From an uncultured Aminicenantes bacterium (GTDB lineage: Bacteria > Acidobacteriota > Aminicenantia > UBA2199), in assembly GCA_965195285.1 (NCBI GenBank), contig CBDAFS010000061.1, forward strand, positions 12,458 to 76,457: a stretch of 64,000 bases of DNA. Reading direction: 5' to 3'. Below the pieces are notes generated by a model that searched no databases, was not told the DNA's origin, and saw only the letters and a list, made by a program, of their open reading frames with translations. The position numbers and the translations under genes were made by a program. Numbering within the stretch: position 1 is the stretch's first letter; the number at the start of each line of letters is the position of its first letter. Shown one piece after another: positions 36,330 through 47,544 of this stretch.

Positions 36330-39113
36330 ATGTCGGAGCAAAACAAACCAAATTGGAAAAACACCTTGAATCTGCCTGAGACTGCTTTCCCCATGAAAGC
36401 ACAACTGAATCAGAAGGAACCCCAGATTTTAAAGAAATGGGAAGACCTGAACATATATGAAAAAATCCTGGAAAAACGCCAGCATAATCCGCTATACATA
36501 TTGCATGATGGTCCTCCCTACGCGAATGGCAACATCCACCTGGGACATGCCATGAACAAAATATTAAAGGATTTTGTTATCAAGTCAAAATCAATGGAGG
36601 GATTCCGGGCCCCCTATGTTCCGGGCTGGGATTGTCACGGCCTCCCCATTGAACACAAAGTCGATCAGCAGTTGGGTTCAAAAAAAGCGGAGTTGGACGT
36701 ACTTGAAATCCGTCAAAGATGTAAAGAATATGCTGAAAAATACCTGGAAATACAGAAAAAGGAATTTGTCAGGCTGGGAATTTTCGGTGATTGGGAAAAT
36801 CCCTATACCACCCTCGATTATTCATACGAGTCAACTGTTATCCAGTATTTCAATTCTTTTGTAAAAAATAACAGTGTGTATCGCAGAAAGAGACCGGTTT
36901 ACTGGTGTACTTCCTGTACTACTGCACTGGCTGAAGCTGAAGTTGAATATACCGATCACGCCTCTTCATCAATATATGTTAAATTTCAATTGAAAGATAT
37001 CCCGGATTTCCTCAATGAATTTAGGCATAAGGAGATCTTTATATTAATCTGGACCACTACCCCCTGGACCATACCAGCCAATCTGGCCATTGCCGTTCAT
37101 CCTGATTTTGACTATTCGCTTTTCGAGATGAACGGTGAATACTACATCACTGCCAGCCGGCTGGTTCCCGTTCTCAGTGATCTGGTGGACCGCCCCCATA
37201 AAAAGCTCAAGAAATTCAAGGGCAGCCAGATGAAGGGATTGAACACCACCCATCCCCTGTATGACCGCCATTCGGTAATCATCACAACGGATTACGTCAT
37301 ACTGGATCAGGGAACTGGCTGCGTCCACACTGCCCCGGGACATGGAGAGGAAGACTATTGGGCCGGACTGGAATACAAACTCGATATCTATTCACCGGTG
37401 GGTCCCACCGGAGCCTTTGATGCAACCACGGGAAAATATGAGGGGAAAAATATTTTTGATGCCAACCCTGAAATCATCCGGGATTTGGAAGCCAATAACC
37501 GTCTCATCCGGGAAGATAAAATCGATCACTCCTACCCCCATTGCTGGAGATGTAAAAAACCGGTTATTTTCAGGGCCACCGAACAATGGTTCATCGCCAT
37601 GGATAAGGCTGAGTTGAGATCCAAGGCTCTAAAAGAAATCAAACAGGTGAAATGGCTGCCGGACTGGGGTGAAGACCGGATTTTTAAAATGGTTGAAACC
37701 AGGCCTGACTGGTGTATATCCAGACAGCGGGACTGGGGAGTTCCCATCCCGGTTTTTTATTGCAAACAATGTGAGCAACCACTGCTCAAGCCGGAAGTTA
37801 TTGAACGGGTCGAATCCATATTCAAGAAACATGGTTCAAATAGCTGGTATGACCGGGATGTATCCGAATTCATATCAGAATCCACAACCTGTGCGAATTG
37901 CGGTCACGGTTCATTTGAAAAGGGTTTTGATATTATGGACGTATGGTTCGAATCCGGGTCATCATTCGGCATTCTGGACAAATACCCCGGACATCAATTC
38001 CCATCGGATATGTATCTGGAGGGGGGTGACCAGTACCGAGGCTGGTTTCATTCATCCCTGCTGGTTGCGGTGAGCGCCAGAGGTACTTCACCCTATAAAA
38101 CCGTCATCACACATGGTTTCACCCTTGACTCAGAGGGGCGGGCCATGTCCAAATCAATGGGCAATGTGATAGAGCCTCAGAGCATCATCAAGGAAAAAGG
38201 AGCCGAGATACTCAGGCTTTGGGTGGCCATGGTCAACTACCGGGAAGATATAAAACTGGGTGATGATTTACTTATAAAAATCACCGAAAGCTACCGCAAT
38301 ATCCGCAATCGCTGGAGATTCATGTTAGGAGTTCTATCTGACTTTAAACCCGGAGAACACTCGGCCGAGGACGATAAGTTGGGACAATTGGACCATTTCA
38401 TCCTCCATAAATGGCAGCAGGTCAAAGAAAAAATTCTGAAAGCCTACCAGAATTACGAATATCATGTAATCTACCACACCATTTCAAATTTTTTCACCAT
38501 TGAATTAAGTTCCTTCTATTTGAATCTAATGAAAGACAACCTATACTGCAACCTTCGGAATTCCGTCCAACGAAGAGCCACCCAGACCACCATTTTCAAG
38601 CTATTGAAAGAATCGCTTCTACTGCTGGCCCCCATCATGTCATTTACCTCAGAGGAAGCCTGGGAGTGTTTACCGAAATTTCCGGATCAAGAAGCCTCCA
38701 TCCACCTGCATCTGTTTCCGGAAACGGAAGAAAAGTATCTGAAGGGAATTGATGATAATAAATGGGAGCAGATCACTTCCTTACGGAATAAAATTTACAA
38801 AGAAATCGAAGCTTCCCGAAACCAGAAAACCATCGGTGAGTCACTTGAAGCAGAAGTAACTCTGGATCTTGACCCTGAACCGTATGACCTGGTAGCCGAT
38901 AATCTGGAGTTGTTCAAGGAAATTCTGGGAGTGGCAGCAGTCCATATCACCAAATCGGATAGACAAAAAATTTCCATCCGAAAATCAAAAGGCATCAAAT
39001 GCCCTCGCTGCTGGAACTGGTATGATAATGTGAATGCTGCCAGCCAGGAACCCCAACTCTGTAAAAGATGTGAGCGGGTGGTAAAGGAGATGAATATTGA
39101 GCCTGAATCTTAA
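36330..39113 (+). CDS. ileS: Isoleucine--tRNA ligase (type 1)
   Basis: HDGPPYANG.IHLGH, GWDCHGLPIE, WTTTPWT, AMSKS, C-terminal CPRCW zinc finger. Confidence 0.97.
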   Translation: MSEQNKPNWKNTLNLPETAFPMKAQLNQKEPQILKKWEDLNIYEKILEKRQHNPLYILHDGPPYANGNIHLGHAMNKILKDFVIKSKSMEGFRAPYVPGWDCHGLPIEHKVDQQLGSKKAELDVLEIRQRCKEYAEKYLEIQKKEFVRLGIFGDWENPYTTLDYSYESTVIQYFNSFVKNNSVYRRKRPVYWCTSCTTALAEAEVEYTDHASSSIYVKFQLKDIPDFLNEFRHKEIFILIWTTTPWTIPANLAIAVHPDFDYSLFEMNGEYYITASRLVPVLSDLVDRPHKKLKKFKGSQMKGLNTTHPLYDRHSVIITTDYVILDQGTGCVHTAPGHGEEDYWAGLEYKLDIYSPVGPTGAFDATTGKYEGKNIFDANPEIIRDLEANNRLIREDKIDHSYPHCWRCKKPVIFRATEQWFIAMDKAELRSKALKEIKQVKWLPDWGEDRIFKMVETRPDWCISRQRDWGVPIPVFYCKQCEQPLLKPEVIERVESIFKKHGSNSWYDRDVSEFISESTTCANCGHGSFEKGFDIMDVWFESGSSFGILDKYPGHQFPSDMYLEGGDQYRGWFHSSLLVAVSARGTSPYKTVITHGFTLDSEGRAMSKSMGNVIEPQSIIKEKGAEILRLWVAMVNYREDIKLGDDLLIKITESYRNIRNRWRFMLGVLSDFKPGEHSAEDDKLGQLDHFILHKWQQVKEKILKAYQNYEYHVIYHTISNFFTIELSSFYLNLMKDNLYCNLRNSVQRRATQTTIFKLLKESLLLLAPIMSFTSEEAWECLPKFPDQEASIHLHLFPETEEKYLKGIDDNKWEQITSLRNKIYKEIEASRNQKTIGESLEAEVTLDLDPEPYDLVADNLELFKEILGVAAVHITKSDRQKISIRKSKGIKCPRCWNWYDNVNAASQEPQLCKRCERVVKEMNIEPES

Positions 39114-39588
39114 GAAAAAATTCTTCGCGATGACCGGTTTTATCATCATACTGGATCAGATCACCAAATATTTGATTAAAACCAGCTTTGACCTCTACGA
39201 AAGGGTGGATATCATAGAGGGTTTCTTCCAGCTTAAATATGTGACAAATTCGGGAGCTGTCTGGGGAATTTTTTCCCGTACTCCCCATGCCTTCATCCCA
39301 AAAATCATCACCGGCCTGTCCATCATTGCCCTAATCATTGTGATATATTACTTTTTAAAAATCGACGCCTCCTGCAGAATGGAGCTGCTCGCCTTATCAT
39401 TTATCATGGGAGGAGCTCTGGGAAACAATATCGATCGAATCAGCCAGGGATTCGTGGTAGATTTTCTGGAGTTCTTTATCTCCAAATACCACTGGCCGAC
39501 CTTCAATGTGGCTGATTTTTTCATATCCTCTGGGGTCATACTGCTGATCTTTTCATTCTGGAGAAGCAAATGTCCCTCCCTAAAATAA
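39097..39588 (+). CDS. lspA: Lipoprotein signal peptidase II
   Basis: DQITK, NSGAVWG, GALGN.IDR, VVDF, WPTFNVAD. Confidence 0.95.
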   Translation: MSLNLKKKFFAMTGFIIILDQITKYLIKTSFDLYERVDIIEGFFQLKYVTNSGAVWGIFSRTPHAFIPKIITGLSIIALIIVIYYFLKIDASCRMELLALSFIMGGALGNNIDRISQGFVVDFLEFFISKYHWPTFNVADFFISSGVILLIFSFWRSKCPSLK

Positions 39589-39603
39589 ATTAAGGAGAAA
39601 ATC

Positions 39604-40416
39604 ATGTGTCCAGTTCTTTTAAAAATCGGACCGGTTACCATCCATACCTACGGTTTCATGTTTGCCTTGGGAATTCTGTCAGCTATGTTACTGAGTTTAA
39701 GGATGGCCAAGAAACAGAAAATTGACAGCAAAATTATGGTTGACCTGTTGTTCTACACCGTCATTGTCGGATTGCTGGGAGCCAAGCTGTTTCTATTCAT
39801 CAGCGAAATGAACTTTTACCTGAAACATCCAGGACAGATAAAAACCCTGATTACCTCCGGTGGCACTTTTTATGGGGGATTGATTCTGGCCATTTTCTTT
39901 GCCATCTGGTATATCAAGCGCCATCAGCTGAATTTTAAAATAATCGCCGACATTGTTGCCCCAACCATTGCCCTGGCTCATTTTTTCGGCCGGTTGGGAT
40001 GTTTCTCGGCTGGATGCTGCTATGGAAGACCTGCCGGTGATTCGATACTGGGAGTCAAGTTCACCAATCTCTACGCCCACAATCATACCGGTGTTCCGCT
40101 GAACACACCCATTTTCCCCACCCAGTTAATAGAGTCCATTTTGAACCTGCTCAATTTCATCATCCTTTTTATTCTGTTTAAAAAGAAAAAATTTCATGGC
40201 CAGATTTTCTCCCTCTATATTTTTAATTATTCGATAATTCGATTTTTTATCGAATATTTCCGGGGAGATTCTGACCGGGGCTACGTATTCGGGGGCATGA
40301 CCCATCCTTTTTCCAGTCTTTCAGTACCCCAATTGATCAGCATTATCGGCTTGACCGTTTCAGTCATTCTGTATATAAATTACAGGAAGAAAGGTGTTCA
40401 AAAAACAGAAGGTTAG
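39604..40416 (+). CDS. lgt: Prolipoprotein diacylglyceryl transferase
   Basis: GGTFYGG, GRLGCFSAGCCYG, PTQL.E, RFFIEYFRGD. Confidence 0.95.
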   Translation: MCPVLLKIGPVTIHTYGFMFALGILSAMLLSLRMAKKQKIDSKIMVDLLFYTVIVGLLGAKLFLFISEMNFYLKHPGQIKTLITSGGTFYGGLILAIFFAIWYIKRHQLNFKIIADIVAPTIALAHFFGRLGCFSAGCCYGRPAGDSILGVKFTNLYAHNHTGVPLNTPIFPTQLIESILNLLNFIILFILFKKKKFHGQIFSLYIFNYSIIRFFIEYFRGDSDRGYVFGGMTHPFSSLSVPQLISIIGLTVSVILYINYRKKGVQKTEG

Positions 40417-41377
40417 AGCCCAAAAACCGTATACCCGGATTGACCGATTTTTGAGCGAAACCCTTTCTCATTTATCCAGAACCCAGATCGAAAAACTGAT
40501 TAAAAACCACCGGGTCTGGTTAAATCAAAAACCGGTAATCAAAAAAAACACCGAAATCGCCACTCATGATTATGTGGAGATTGAATTTCCCCAGACAATA
40601 CCCACTCCCCGGTCTGGATGGGAAGCCGGATTTACACCCACTATTCAATTAAGTAAATTATTCGAAGATGACCATCTGTTGATCATCGATAAACCTTCCG
40701 GAATACCGGTCCATCCGGGTGCCGGACCAGTCCGGGAAACCATACTGGATATATTCCGCCATGAATATCCACTGGTTGAAGAAATGAAAAATACCGATAG
40801 GCCGGGTATTGTCCACCGCCTTGATAAGGAAACTTCAGGGGTATTGATATTAGCCAAAGATGAAGCCACCCTGAAGCGAATGCAAAATAAATTCAAAAAC
40901 AGGCAGATCAATAAAAAATACCTGGCTCTGGTTTCCGGAAAAATGAGACACCGAAACGGTCTGATTGACGCCCCGATTATCAGGCATCCGAAACAGAGAA
41001 AGAAATTCACGGTTCCAGGCCCGCGTTCGAAAAACCAGGCCAGAGAAGCCATAACCAAGTTCTCGGTTTTATTGGAGTTTTCCGACATTTCATTCCTTCA
41101 GCTGATGCCATCAACCGGTCGAACCCATCAGATCCGGGTCCATCTTTCCCATTATGGCCATCCCATACTGGGAGACTCCTTATACGGTAAAAAGGATCAA
41201 TTCGGTCGTCTGGCCCTCCACGCCTCATCAATTGAATTCACCCACCCCCTTTCCGGAAATCACCTGACCGTTGAGGCCTCCATGCCCGCCTTGTTCAGAA
41301 AATATATCCAGACCGAAATTAAAAAGAAAAAATATCTGGAAAACCACCGGAAGTATACCCCTGATATTTCTAAATAA
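40394..41377 (+). CDS. rluD: RluA/RluD family 23S rRNA pseudouridine synthase
   Basis: S4 domain, GIVHRLDKETSG, TGRTHQIRVH, GDSLYG, LHA. Confidence 0.88.
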   Translation: MFKKQKVRAQKPYTRIDRFLSETLSHLSRTQIEKLIKNHRVWLNQKPVIKKNTEIATHDYVEIEFPQTIPTPRSGWEAGFTPTIQLSKLFEDDHLLIIDKPSGIPVHPGAGPVRETILDIFRHEYPLVEEMKNTDRPGIVHRLDKETSGVLILAKDEATLKRMQNKFKNRQINKKYLALVSGKMRHRNGLIDAPIIRHPKQRKKFTVPGPRSKNQAREAITKFSVLLEFSDISFLQLMPSTGRTHQIRVHLSHYGHPILGDSLYGKKDQFGRLALHASSIEFTHPLSGNHLTVEASMPALFRKYIQTEIKKKKYLENHRKYTPDISK

Positions 41378-41466
41378 TCGGGATCGCCGGTTGAAACAAA
41401 CAAAATTGTCAAACGAAACCAATTGAAAGTAAATTGAATCTATTATATAATAACCATCAAAAAAAT

Positions 41467-42450
41467 ATGAAATACAAACTGATATATCTGGTTTTTTTGC
41501 TGGTATTGTCAAGCTGGGATTGTGCGGATGAATCCAGTAAAGAAAAAAAGGCCAAAGCAAAGAGGGAGGCAGAAATTCAGGCCCAGGAAACCAGGGCCAG
41601 GGAACTGGACCGGAAAATCGTCCTGTCTATAAACAATAAGAACTTCTCTAACCAGGACCTGAAGAAATTCATAGAGAACCAGTACTCCAACATTAATTCG
41701 CTGCAGAACAACAATCAATTACTCTCAAGAATATTTGATATGTATATCAAGCAGGAACTCATTCTCCAAAAAATTGAATCGGTAAAAGTGAAAATTGATG
41801 ACATTGAAATCAAAGAATTTCTGGATACGGTTCAAATCGATGAATATTTTCAGCCTGAACTGATAAAGGACAATATTAAAATACAGAAATATCTCTACTT
41901 TTCTCTCTATAACAACATCACTGCCTCAGAAAATGAGATTAGACGTTATTACAACCGCTACAAAGCTGAATTTAAAAAAAATGATGAAGTTCTGCTGCAT
42001 CAAATCTTCGTGAAGGACAAGGACAAGTCAACCCAAATCAGTGGCATTCTTAAAAATTTTCCCGTAAAATTTGAAGAAACCGCCCGACAACAATCAGAAG
42101 CCCCGGAAGCAAAAGATAATGGTTTGATGGGGTACTTTGAGAGGGGAACCCTGCCCAAAGAAATGGAAAATGTGGTATTTTCTCTTAAGATCAATGAAAT
42201 CAGCCCGGTGGTCGAATCACCATACGGGTTTCATATATTCAAGATTACCAAGAGAAAAAACAAGCGAACCCCGTATCTCTCAGTGGTAAAAGAAGAGATA
42301 AGAAAGAAAATCCTGGCAGAAAAAATGAGAACTGCCTTCGAAAGGTTTTTTAACAACCTAAAACAAAATGCACAAATAAAAATATTTCACCAAAATCTGT
42401 TTTTTAACTATTTACCTGCCAAAGGAGAAAAAAATGATGAAATTAGCTAG
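41467..42450 (+). CDS. Parvulin-type peptidyl-prolyl isomerase (PrsA/SurA-like)
   Basis: FEETARQQSE, GLMGYF, ISPVVESPYGFHIFK. Confidence 0.85.
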   Translation: MKYKLIYLVFLLVLSSWDCADESSKEKKAKAKREAEIQAQETRARELDRKIVLSINNKNFSNQDLKKFIENQYSNINSLQNNNQLLSRIFDMYIKQELILQKIESVKVKIDDIEIKEFLDTVQIDEYFQPELIKDNIKIQKYLYFSLYNNITASENEIRRYYNRYKAEFKKNDEVLLHQIFVKDKDKSTQISGILKNFPVKFEETARQQSEAPEAKDNGLMGYFERGTLPKEMENVVFSLKINEISPVVESPYGFHIFKITKRKNKRTPYLSVVKEEIRKKILAEKMRTAFERFFNNLKQNAQIKIFHQNLFFNYLPAKGEKNDEIS

Positions 42451-43399
42451 TTTAATACTTATTCTGATCATCCATATGCTGAGTTTTTCAGTTCTGCATT
42501 CAGAGGTCGTGGAGGAAATTGTTGCAGTCATCAACGAGGAAACCATCACCTTTTCCGAATATCAAAATGCCAAAAACAGCATGATCAAGCAATTGCAGGC
42601 TCAGTACAAGGGAGAAGCACTGCAGAAGGCCATTCAAGAAATGAAATCTACATTATTAAATCAATTAATCGAACATAAATTAATTTTATCCAAAGCCAAA
42701 GAGAAAAATTATGATGTGGAAAATGAAATCAAGATGATCATCGAGGAGATCAAGAAACAAAACAACCTTAAAACCGATGAAGATCTCAGAAGGGCCTTGC
42801 AGACTGAAGGTATCACCATGGAGGAATTCAAACAGCAACAGAAAATTGTCCGCATGCAGCAGCGAATGATTTATGAGGAAATCACCTCCCATATCAAGAT
42901 CGATAGCCCCGAAATAATGGAATACTATAAAAAAAACCTGGCTGACTACACCAAGCCCATGGAAATTTCTCTCAATTGTATTTTTCTGAAAAAAGAATAT
43001 TATTTTGATAAGCATGCCCTGCTAAATAAGCGAAATGAAATCTCGGCAAAATTGAACACCGCTGATTTCAAGGCTATAGCCGAAACCTACTCCGAACTGG
43101 AAGGGGCTGAAAATAAAATATTTCTGGGAAATTTCAAGCAGGGTGAACTCGATGAAAACATTGAAAAAGCCTCTTTAAAACTCAAGCTTAATGAGCTTTC
43201 CCCCTGGATTGAAACCGAAAACGGATGGTATATCATTCAATTGATTGACAAAAAAGAACCGGAGCTGGTGAACTACGAGCAAGTCAGGGAAAAAATAAAA
43301 AACAACCTGATTCAGGAAAAACAGGAAGTTGAATTGCAGATATTCATTGAAAAACTCAAAAAGGAAAGTTATATCAAAATTTACAGAAAAAGCAATTGA
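42434..43399 (+). CDS. SurA-like chaperone/PPIase
   Basis: VEEIVAVINEETIT SurA N-domain; SPWIETENGWYII. Confidence 0.8.
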   Translation: MMKLASLILILIIHMLSFSVLHSEVVEEIVAVINEETITFSEYQNAKNSMIKQLQAQYKGEALQKAIQEMKSTLLNQLIEHKLILSKAKEKNYDVENEIKMIIEEIKKQNNLKTDEDLRRALQTEGITMEEFKQQQKIVRMQQRMIYEEITSHIKIDSPEIMEYYKKNLADYTKPMEISLNCIFLKKEYYFDKHALLNKRNEISAKLNTADFKAIAETYSELEGAENKIFLGNFKQGELDENIEKASLKLKLNELSPWIETENGWYIIQLIDKKEPELVNYEQVREKIKNNLIQEKQEVELQIFIEKLKKESYIKIYRKSN

Positions 43400-43428
43400 A
43401 CCCTGTGATATCCCTGTAATACCCCGGC

Positions 43429-44256
43429 TTATTTTTTAACTTTGGAGATCTTTTTCAGATAATTCCGGGCTTCGACAATATAAGGTTCGATAAAATGCGT
43501 TTCCGATATACTGGGTGGATTCTCGACCACAAAAGTAAATTCCTGTTTGGCCAGACCATATTCATCCTTTTTAAAATAAAGCAACCCCAGATAATAATGA
43601 GAGTACAGCATGGAATTGTCTGCTATCACGGCCTTCTTAAAACAACCCAAGGCCTTGCGTCTGCTGCCGACCGGCCAGGGAGCCACTTCATATAATTTCC
43701 CCAGAGAGCGATATCCCAGGGCACCGTCATATTTTTCATCAATCTCAATGAGCTGATTGGCCAGTTTCTTATAGCGTCCGGCTGCCCCTTTGAAAATCGC
43801 TTTCAAAATCCCGAAACTGGCCGAATAATATCCGTATGCAACCAGGGCCGCTCCGACCGCCTCCTTGCTTTTGGAATCAATTGTTAAGGCCTGGCAGGCA
43901 TAGTCATAAGCAATCTTACCCAACTTATCCAGAATTGGTTTATACTCATCCTTTTCCTTGATCAGGGCTGCAGTTTTGATATCGATAATGGCAATATAGG
44001 CATTGGCCAGTTTGTACAGAATTTCCGGATTCCTGGGATTCTTTTTTAACAACCGCTCATACCCTTTTATAGCCTTTTCACTGTTTTCAATGTTTTTCTC
44101 TTTCATCAGCTCATCCAGGGAGTCAAGAGAAATTTCAGCGGGATCTGAAGTTTCCTCCGGAAATAAAAATAGATTTCCGATACCGGAAAAAATCAGTAAA
44201 AAAAAGCAAACCATTGCAGGAAAATAAATCCATTTTTCAGGAATGCTGTTCTTCAT
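43429..44256 (-). CDS. Exported TPR protein
   Basis: N-terminal TM; TPR-like helices; LG.LY..APWPVGS motif. Confidence 0.65.
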   Translation of the reverse strand: MKNSIPEKWIYFPAMVCFFLLIFSGIGNLFLFPEETSDPAEISLDSLDELMKEKNIENSEKAIKGYERLLKKNPRNPEILYKLANAYIAIIDIKTAALIKEKDEYKPILDKLGKIAYDYACQALTIDSKSKEAVGAALVAYGYYSASFGILKAIFKGAAGRYKKLANQLIEIDEKYDGALGYRSLGKLYEVAPWPVGSRRKALGCFKKAVIADNSMLYSHYYLGLLYFKKDEYGLAKQEFTFVVENPPSISETHFIEPYIVEARNYLKKISKVKK

Positions 44257-44343
44257 AATGCCTCCTTTAATTTTCCACATCCTGTCATTAACTTCTGCTC
44301 ACAGCCGGAAATGGAAAGTCAAACGCATTTGGAATCCGTTGAA

Positions 44344-44790
44344 TCATAGATGAAAAAAAACACCTGCTCCAAAGCGTATTCTATTTCGGTCAGAAAAATT
44401 TTGGAACCGGATATCGACCCTGACTGAAAACAAACTGGCAAAATATAAATACACGCCTCCGCCTATTGAAGTGAAAAATTCATACTGGTCAAAATCAAAA
44501 CTCAGTTTTTCAAACTGGGTGCCAATCCCAACAGCGGCAAACGGAGCCAGTTTTCCGAACTTGTGGCGAACTTTCAGAGCTGCGGTCAGCACATTTAAGT
44601 CCGACTCGCTCAGGGGACCAAATTCCAGCTCCATCTTTAAAAATGGAATAAACAATCCGAATCCCCCGGAAAGGCCATAATTGAATTCAGAGGGATTGGT
44701 CATTTTCCCTCCGATCAATCCCAGTTCTACAGACAATAGGTTAAGGGAAAAAAATAAAATAAAAACACTCAGAATGAACCGTTTATTCAT
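44344..44790 (-). CDS. Small outer-membrane beta-barrel protein
   Basis: Signal peptide, alternating beta strands, PFAAVGIG, GGGV..Y, C-terminal GVFFHL. Confidence 0.65.
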   Translation of the reverse strand: MNKRFILSVFILFFSLNLLSVELGLIGGKMTNPSEFNYGLSGGFGLFIPFLKMELEFGPLSESDLNVLTAALKVRHKFGKLAPFAAVGIGTQFEKLSFDFDQYEFFTSIGGGVYLYFASLFSVRVDIRFQNFSDRNRIRFGAGVFFHL

Positions 44791-46151
44791 TCATAACCTG
44801 CTTTTTGAAACAAAGGCCTGCCATAATAATCAATTTCGATTCTCCGGATTCCGTTCTTTACAAATAATGAAAATTTCTTTTGAGATATGGGAAGCATGAT
44901 ACCATCATTGATTATCTTTTCTATAATTTTAGAAATATGTTCAATCAGCAATTCTTCATTTTTTAAAAATCTCAATTCATCCAGCTCATTTAATAATTTT
45001 AAATAACCTTCATCAAATCGTGAAAATATCATCTCCTGCAGAATCTTCTGGATTTTCTCATCCAAGGTCATCCGTCGGCTGAAGATTTTTTCCTGCAACA
45101 GATATTTTACTGGAGTATTGTTCAAATACTCAACCATTTGATTTTCACTAATGTAAATGGTTTCCAGCGGAACCCCTTTCCGGCCTAAAAATTCATTGAA
45201 ATCAGCAGCATCGCTGTTCAATGAGGAAAAAATATAGAGATTGATTTTGGAGTACTTTAGAATCGATCTCATTCGCCAGTTGGATAGCCCCTTGATATTG
45301 ATAGCTATCGGTGATTCATCATCCGAGGTCAATGAATTCAGCGCCCCGGATCCCCTGGATTCATAAAACTGTTTGAGCAGTGTAAACAGGGCGATTTTTG
45401 TATTTTTACCCACCGTACCCTGGGGAAAAGTAATGTATACATTCTGGTAAATCCCGGAATTGAATTCCTGATACCCATAATCTTTGAATGCACCGGGTTC
45501 AGCCAAAAAAACATCGGCATTCACTTCATCGGTAAACATCACTTTTACCGAATCCAGATAGGTTCTTCCACCGGGGTAAAACTTATTGGGCTTCAAAATA
45601 ATATATTTACCCTTAACCCATTCGTGGGGATAAAAAATTCCTGAGAACGATTGACGGCCCGAAACCAGGATAAGCTCCGGGACGGTTAGCAAACCCACAA
45701 TATCTTCCCGGTCATATAACAACTCAATATAAACTGTATTTTTCCCGGTTCTTATGTTTTTGATGATCTTCCTCAACTGCTTGGCGGTAAACAGGTTTTT
45801 ATTTAAGAACAGATTCAAGGAGACCATGATCTCTTTTTCGGTAACCCGGCTCCCATCAGAAAAGCCAAGGCCTTCCTTTACATGCAAAACCAGGGTTTTG
45901 GAGTTCCTGTCATAGTCATGGGAGTGAAACACATGGGAAAATATCTGGCCATCGGATTTCAGATAAAAGAAATTCTCATAGATCAGAGCATAAAAAATGA
46001 TGTTGGAGTAGTTGGATGATAAAAAGGTAAAAGAAGCCGGTTCATTCAGGCGGATGCCAACCTCTCCGCCGTATGGGATTTTGATGGAAAAAGAAACCAA
46101 TACAGTCAACAAAATGAGCATTACTTTTTTTTGAATCCCCATGTATGTCAT
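44787..46151 (-). CDS. ABC substrate-binding-protein family 5-like protein
   Basis: PYGGEV, LIYE, FSDGSRVT, N..YPGGRTYLDSV. Confidence 0.55.
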   Translation of the reverse strand: MTYMGIQKKVMLILLTVLVSFSIKIPYGGEVGIRLNEPASFTFLSSNYSNIIFYALIYENFFYLKSDGQIFSHVFHSHDYDRNSKTLVLHVKEGLGFSDGSRVTEKEIMVSLNLFLNKNLFTAKQLRKIIKNIRTGKNTVYIELLYDREDIVGLLTVPELILVSGRQSFSGIFYPHEWVKGKYIILKPNKFYPGGRTYLDSVKVMFTDEVNADVFLAEPGAFKDYGYQEFNSGIYQNVYITFPQGTVGKNTKIALFTLLKQFYESRGSGALNSLTSDDESPIAINIKGLSNWRMRSILKYSKINLYIFSSLNSDAADFNEFLGRKGVPLETIYISENQMVEYLNNTPVKYLLQEKIFSRRMTLDEKIQKILQEMIFSRFDEGYLKLLNELDELRFLKNEELLIEHISKIIEKIINDGIMLPISQKKFSLFVKNGIRRIEIDYYGRPLFQKAGYE

Positions 46152-47530
46152 CCTCTGAATTTTTCTGCTTCCGGATCGATCCGGCTTTCCTCACCCTTTC
46201 GCCAAAATTCCAAATAGAAACCGGTATCATTTTTTTGAACCCTCTTGATCAAGATCCAAAATCCCCGGAAAGTTTTCCATCGTCCCGCGGATATGAAAAG
46301 AATTTCACCGGGAATCCTGTTCTGATAAACCAGATTTCGACTCCCATTTTCGATTTTATAAAAAAAGAGAGTATCAGTTCCCCTTGAATAATCGCTAATA
46401 GCGAGCCAATCCCCTCCCAGTGCGTTCAGGCATGACCCGCGTTTGGTGTTTTCCTTGGTCCTCTCTTCAAAATCAGAAGCAAAAAAACGGTACCGGTATT
46501 TTTTATCGATCATGTGAATGGACATCAGTGTACCCTTATCAGAGGCGAAATCCAGTGCATAAAATTCCGGAATCTTTTTTTCAAAAATTTTACCGTCTTT
46601 AAAATCGGAACTCTCCATGGCCTTCAGGAAGATTTTATTGACAAAATAATTCTTGCCCAGATCATATTTTGATCCGGCCAGATAATATTGCTGGTTAACC
46701 TGGATAAGGCGGAAGGGTACAAACTCAACAGTGGAAAAGGCTTCCCATTGATCGTTCCGGAACCGGAACACCTGTGAACGGGGGGAAAAATTGCCTCCTG
46801 CGGTAAGAAATAAATTTTCCTTAATTCCAAAAACAGAAAGCTTTCCTTCAAATTCCAAAACCGGATAATATGGCCTTCCCCACTGAAGAGGGAGAGAAGA
46901 TACTTTGACCAGCTGATTGTTATCCAGCTTGAACACCTCAATCCGTTCCGGATAATAAAAAAAATACTGATGTTCTCCCGATGGAACCTGAATGGTTTTT
47001 ATATCCAAGAGTCCCTGGCGGGCATCCATTTCAATAACTTTGGAAAAGCCCAGGGATCTGAAGCCCAATTCCCTGATGTTTAAAATCCGCTTTTCACCTG
47101 CATTCAAGCGGACCTCCTTATACTGAACGTATACAATTTTATCCAGGGTTTTTGAAAAAACCACCAAGCCGGCTCCCAGTTTCTCTCTGTTTCTGATCAA
47201 CTTGACATAGAGCAAATAATTAAGACCGGATACATTGCCGAGGTTGAATTCACCCCGGTTTTGGTTAAAATTGATCATTAAATCCGTAAATCGGATCCGA
47301 GCATCAGATTCCAATTTGGAAACCAACAGCTGATAAAATTTATGGGCAGTCATATCAGATAAACCGGAAAAATTATCAAAGGTCACGATTGAGGCACGGA
47401 CAAGATTCTCGCGGGAAAAAAATTCATGAATACCTTTGGCTGAACTGGCAGCCAGATGATCCAGGCCCTGACCGAAGATGATTCCGGACAAAAAGATAAC
47501 CAGGCCGCAAAATAACGTCTTTTTTTTCAT
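46148..47530 (-). CDS. Exported hypothetical protein
   Basis: Signal peptide; 460-aa ORF overlapping its neighbour in an operon-like arrangement. Confidence 0.6.
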   Translation of the reverse strand: MKKKTLFCGLVIFLSGIIFGQGLDHLAASSAKGIHEFFSRENLVRASIVTFDNFSGLSDMTAHKFYQLLVSKLESDARIRFTDLMINFNQNRGEFNLGNVSGLNYLLYVKLIRNREKLGAGLVVFSKTLDKIVYVQYKEVRLNAGEKRILNIRELGFRSLGFSKVIEMDARQGLLDIKTIQVPSGEHQYFFYYPERIEVFKLDNNQLVKVSSLPLQWGRPYYPVLEFEGKLSVFGIKENLFLTAGGNFSPRSQVFRFRNDQWEAFSTVEFVPFRLIQVNQQYYLAGSKYDLGKNYFVNKIFLKAMESSDFKDGKIFEKKIPEFYALDFASDKGTLMSIHMIDKKYRYRFFASDFEERTKENTKRGSCLNALGGDWLAISDYSRGTDTLFFYKIENGSRNLVYQNRIPGEILFISAGRWKTFRGFWILIKRVQKNDTGFYLEFWRKGEESRIDPEAEKFRG

Positions 47531-47544
47531 CTCAACAATGTTTA

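Noticed and set aside
38130-38165. IleRS AMSKS instead of KMSKS
   Set aside because: The catalytically important second lysine is retained and first-position variation is tolerated; no evidence of altered function.
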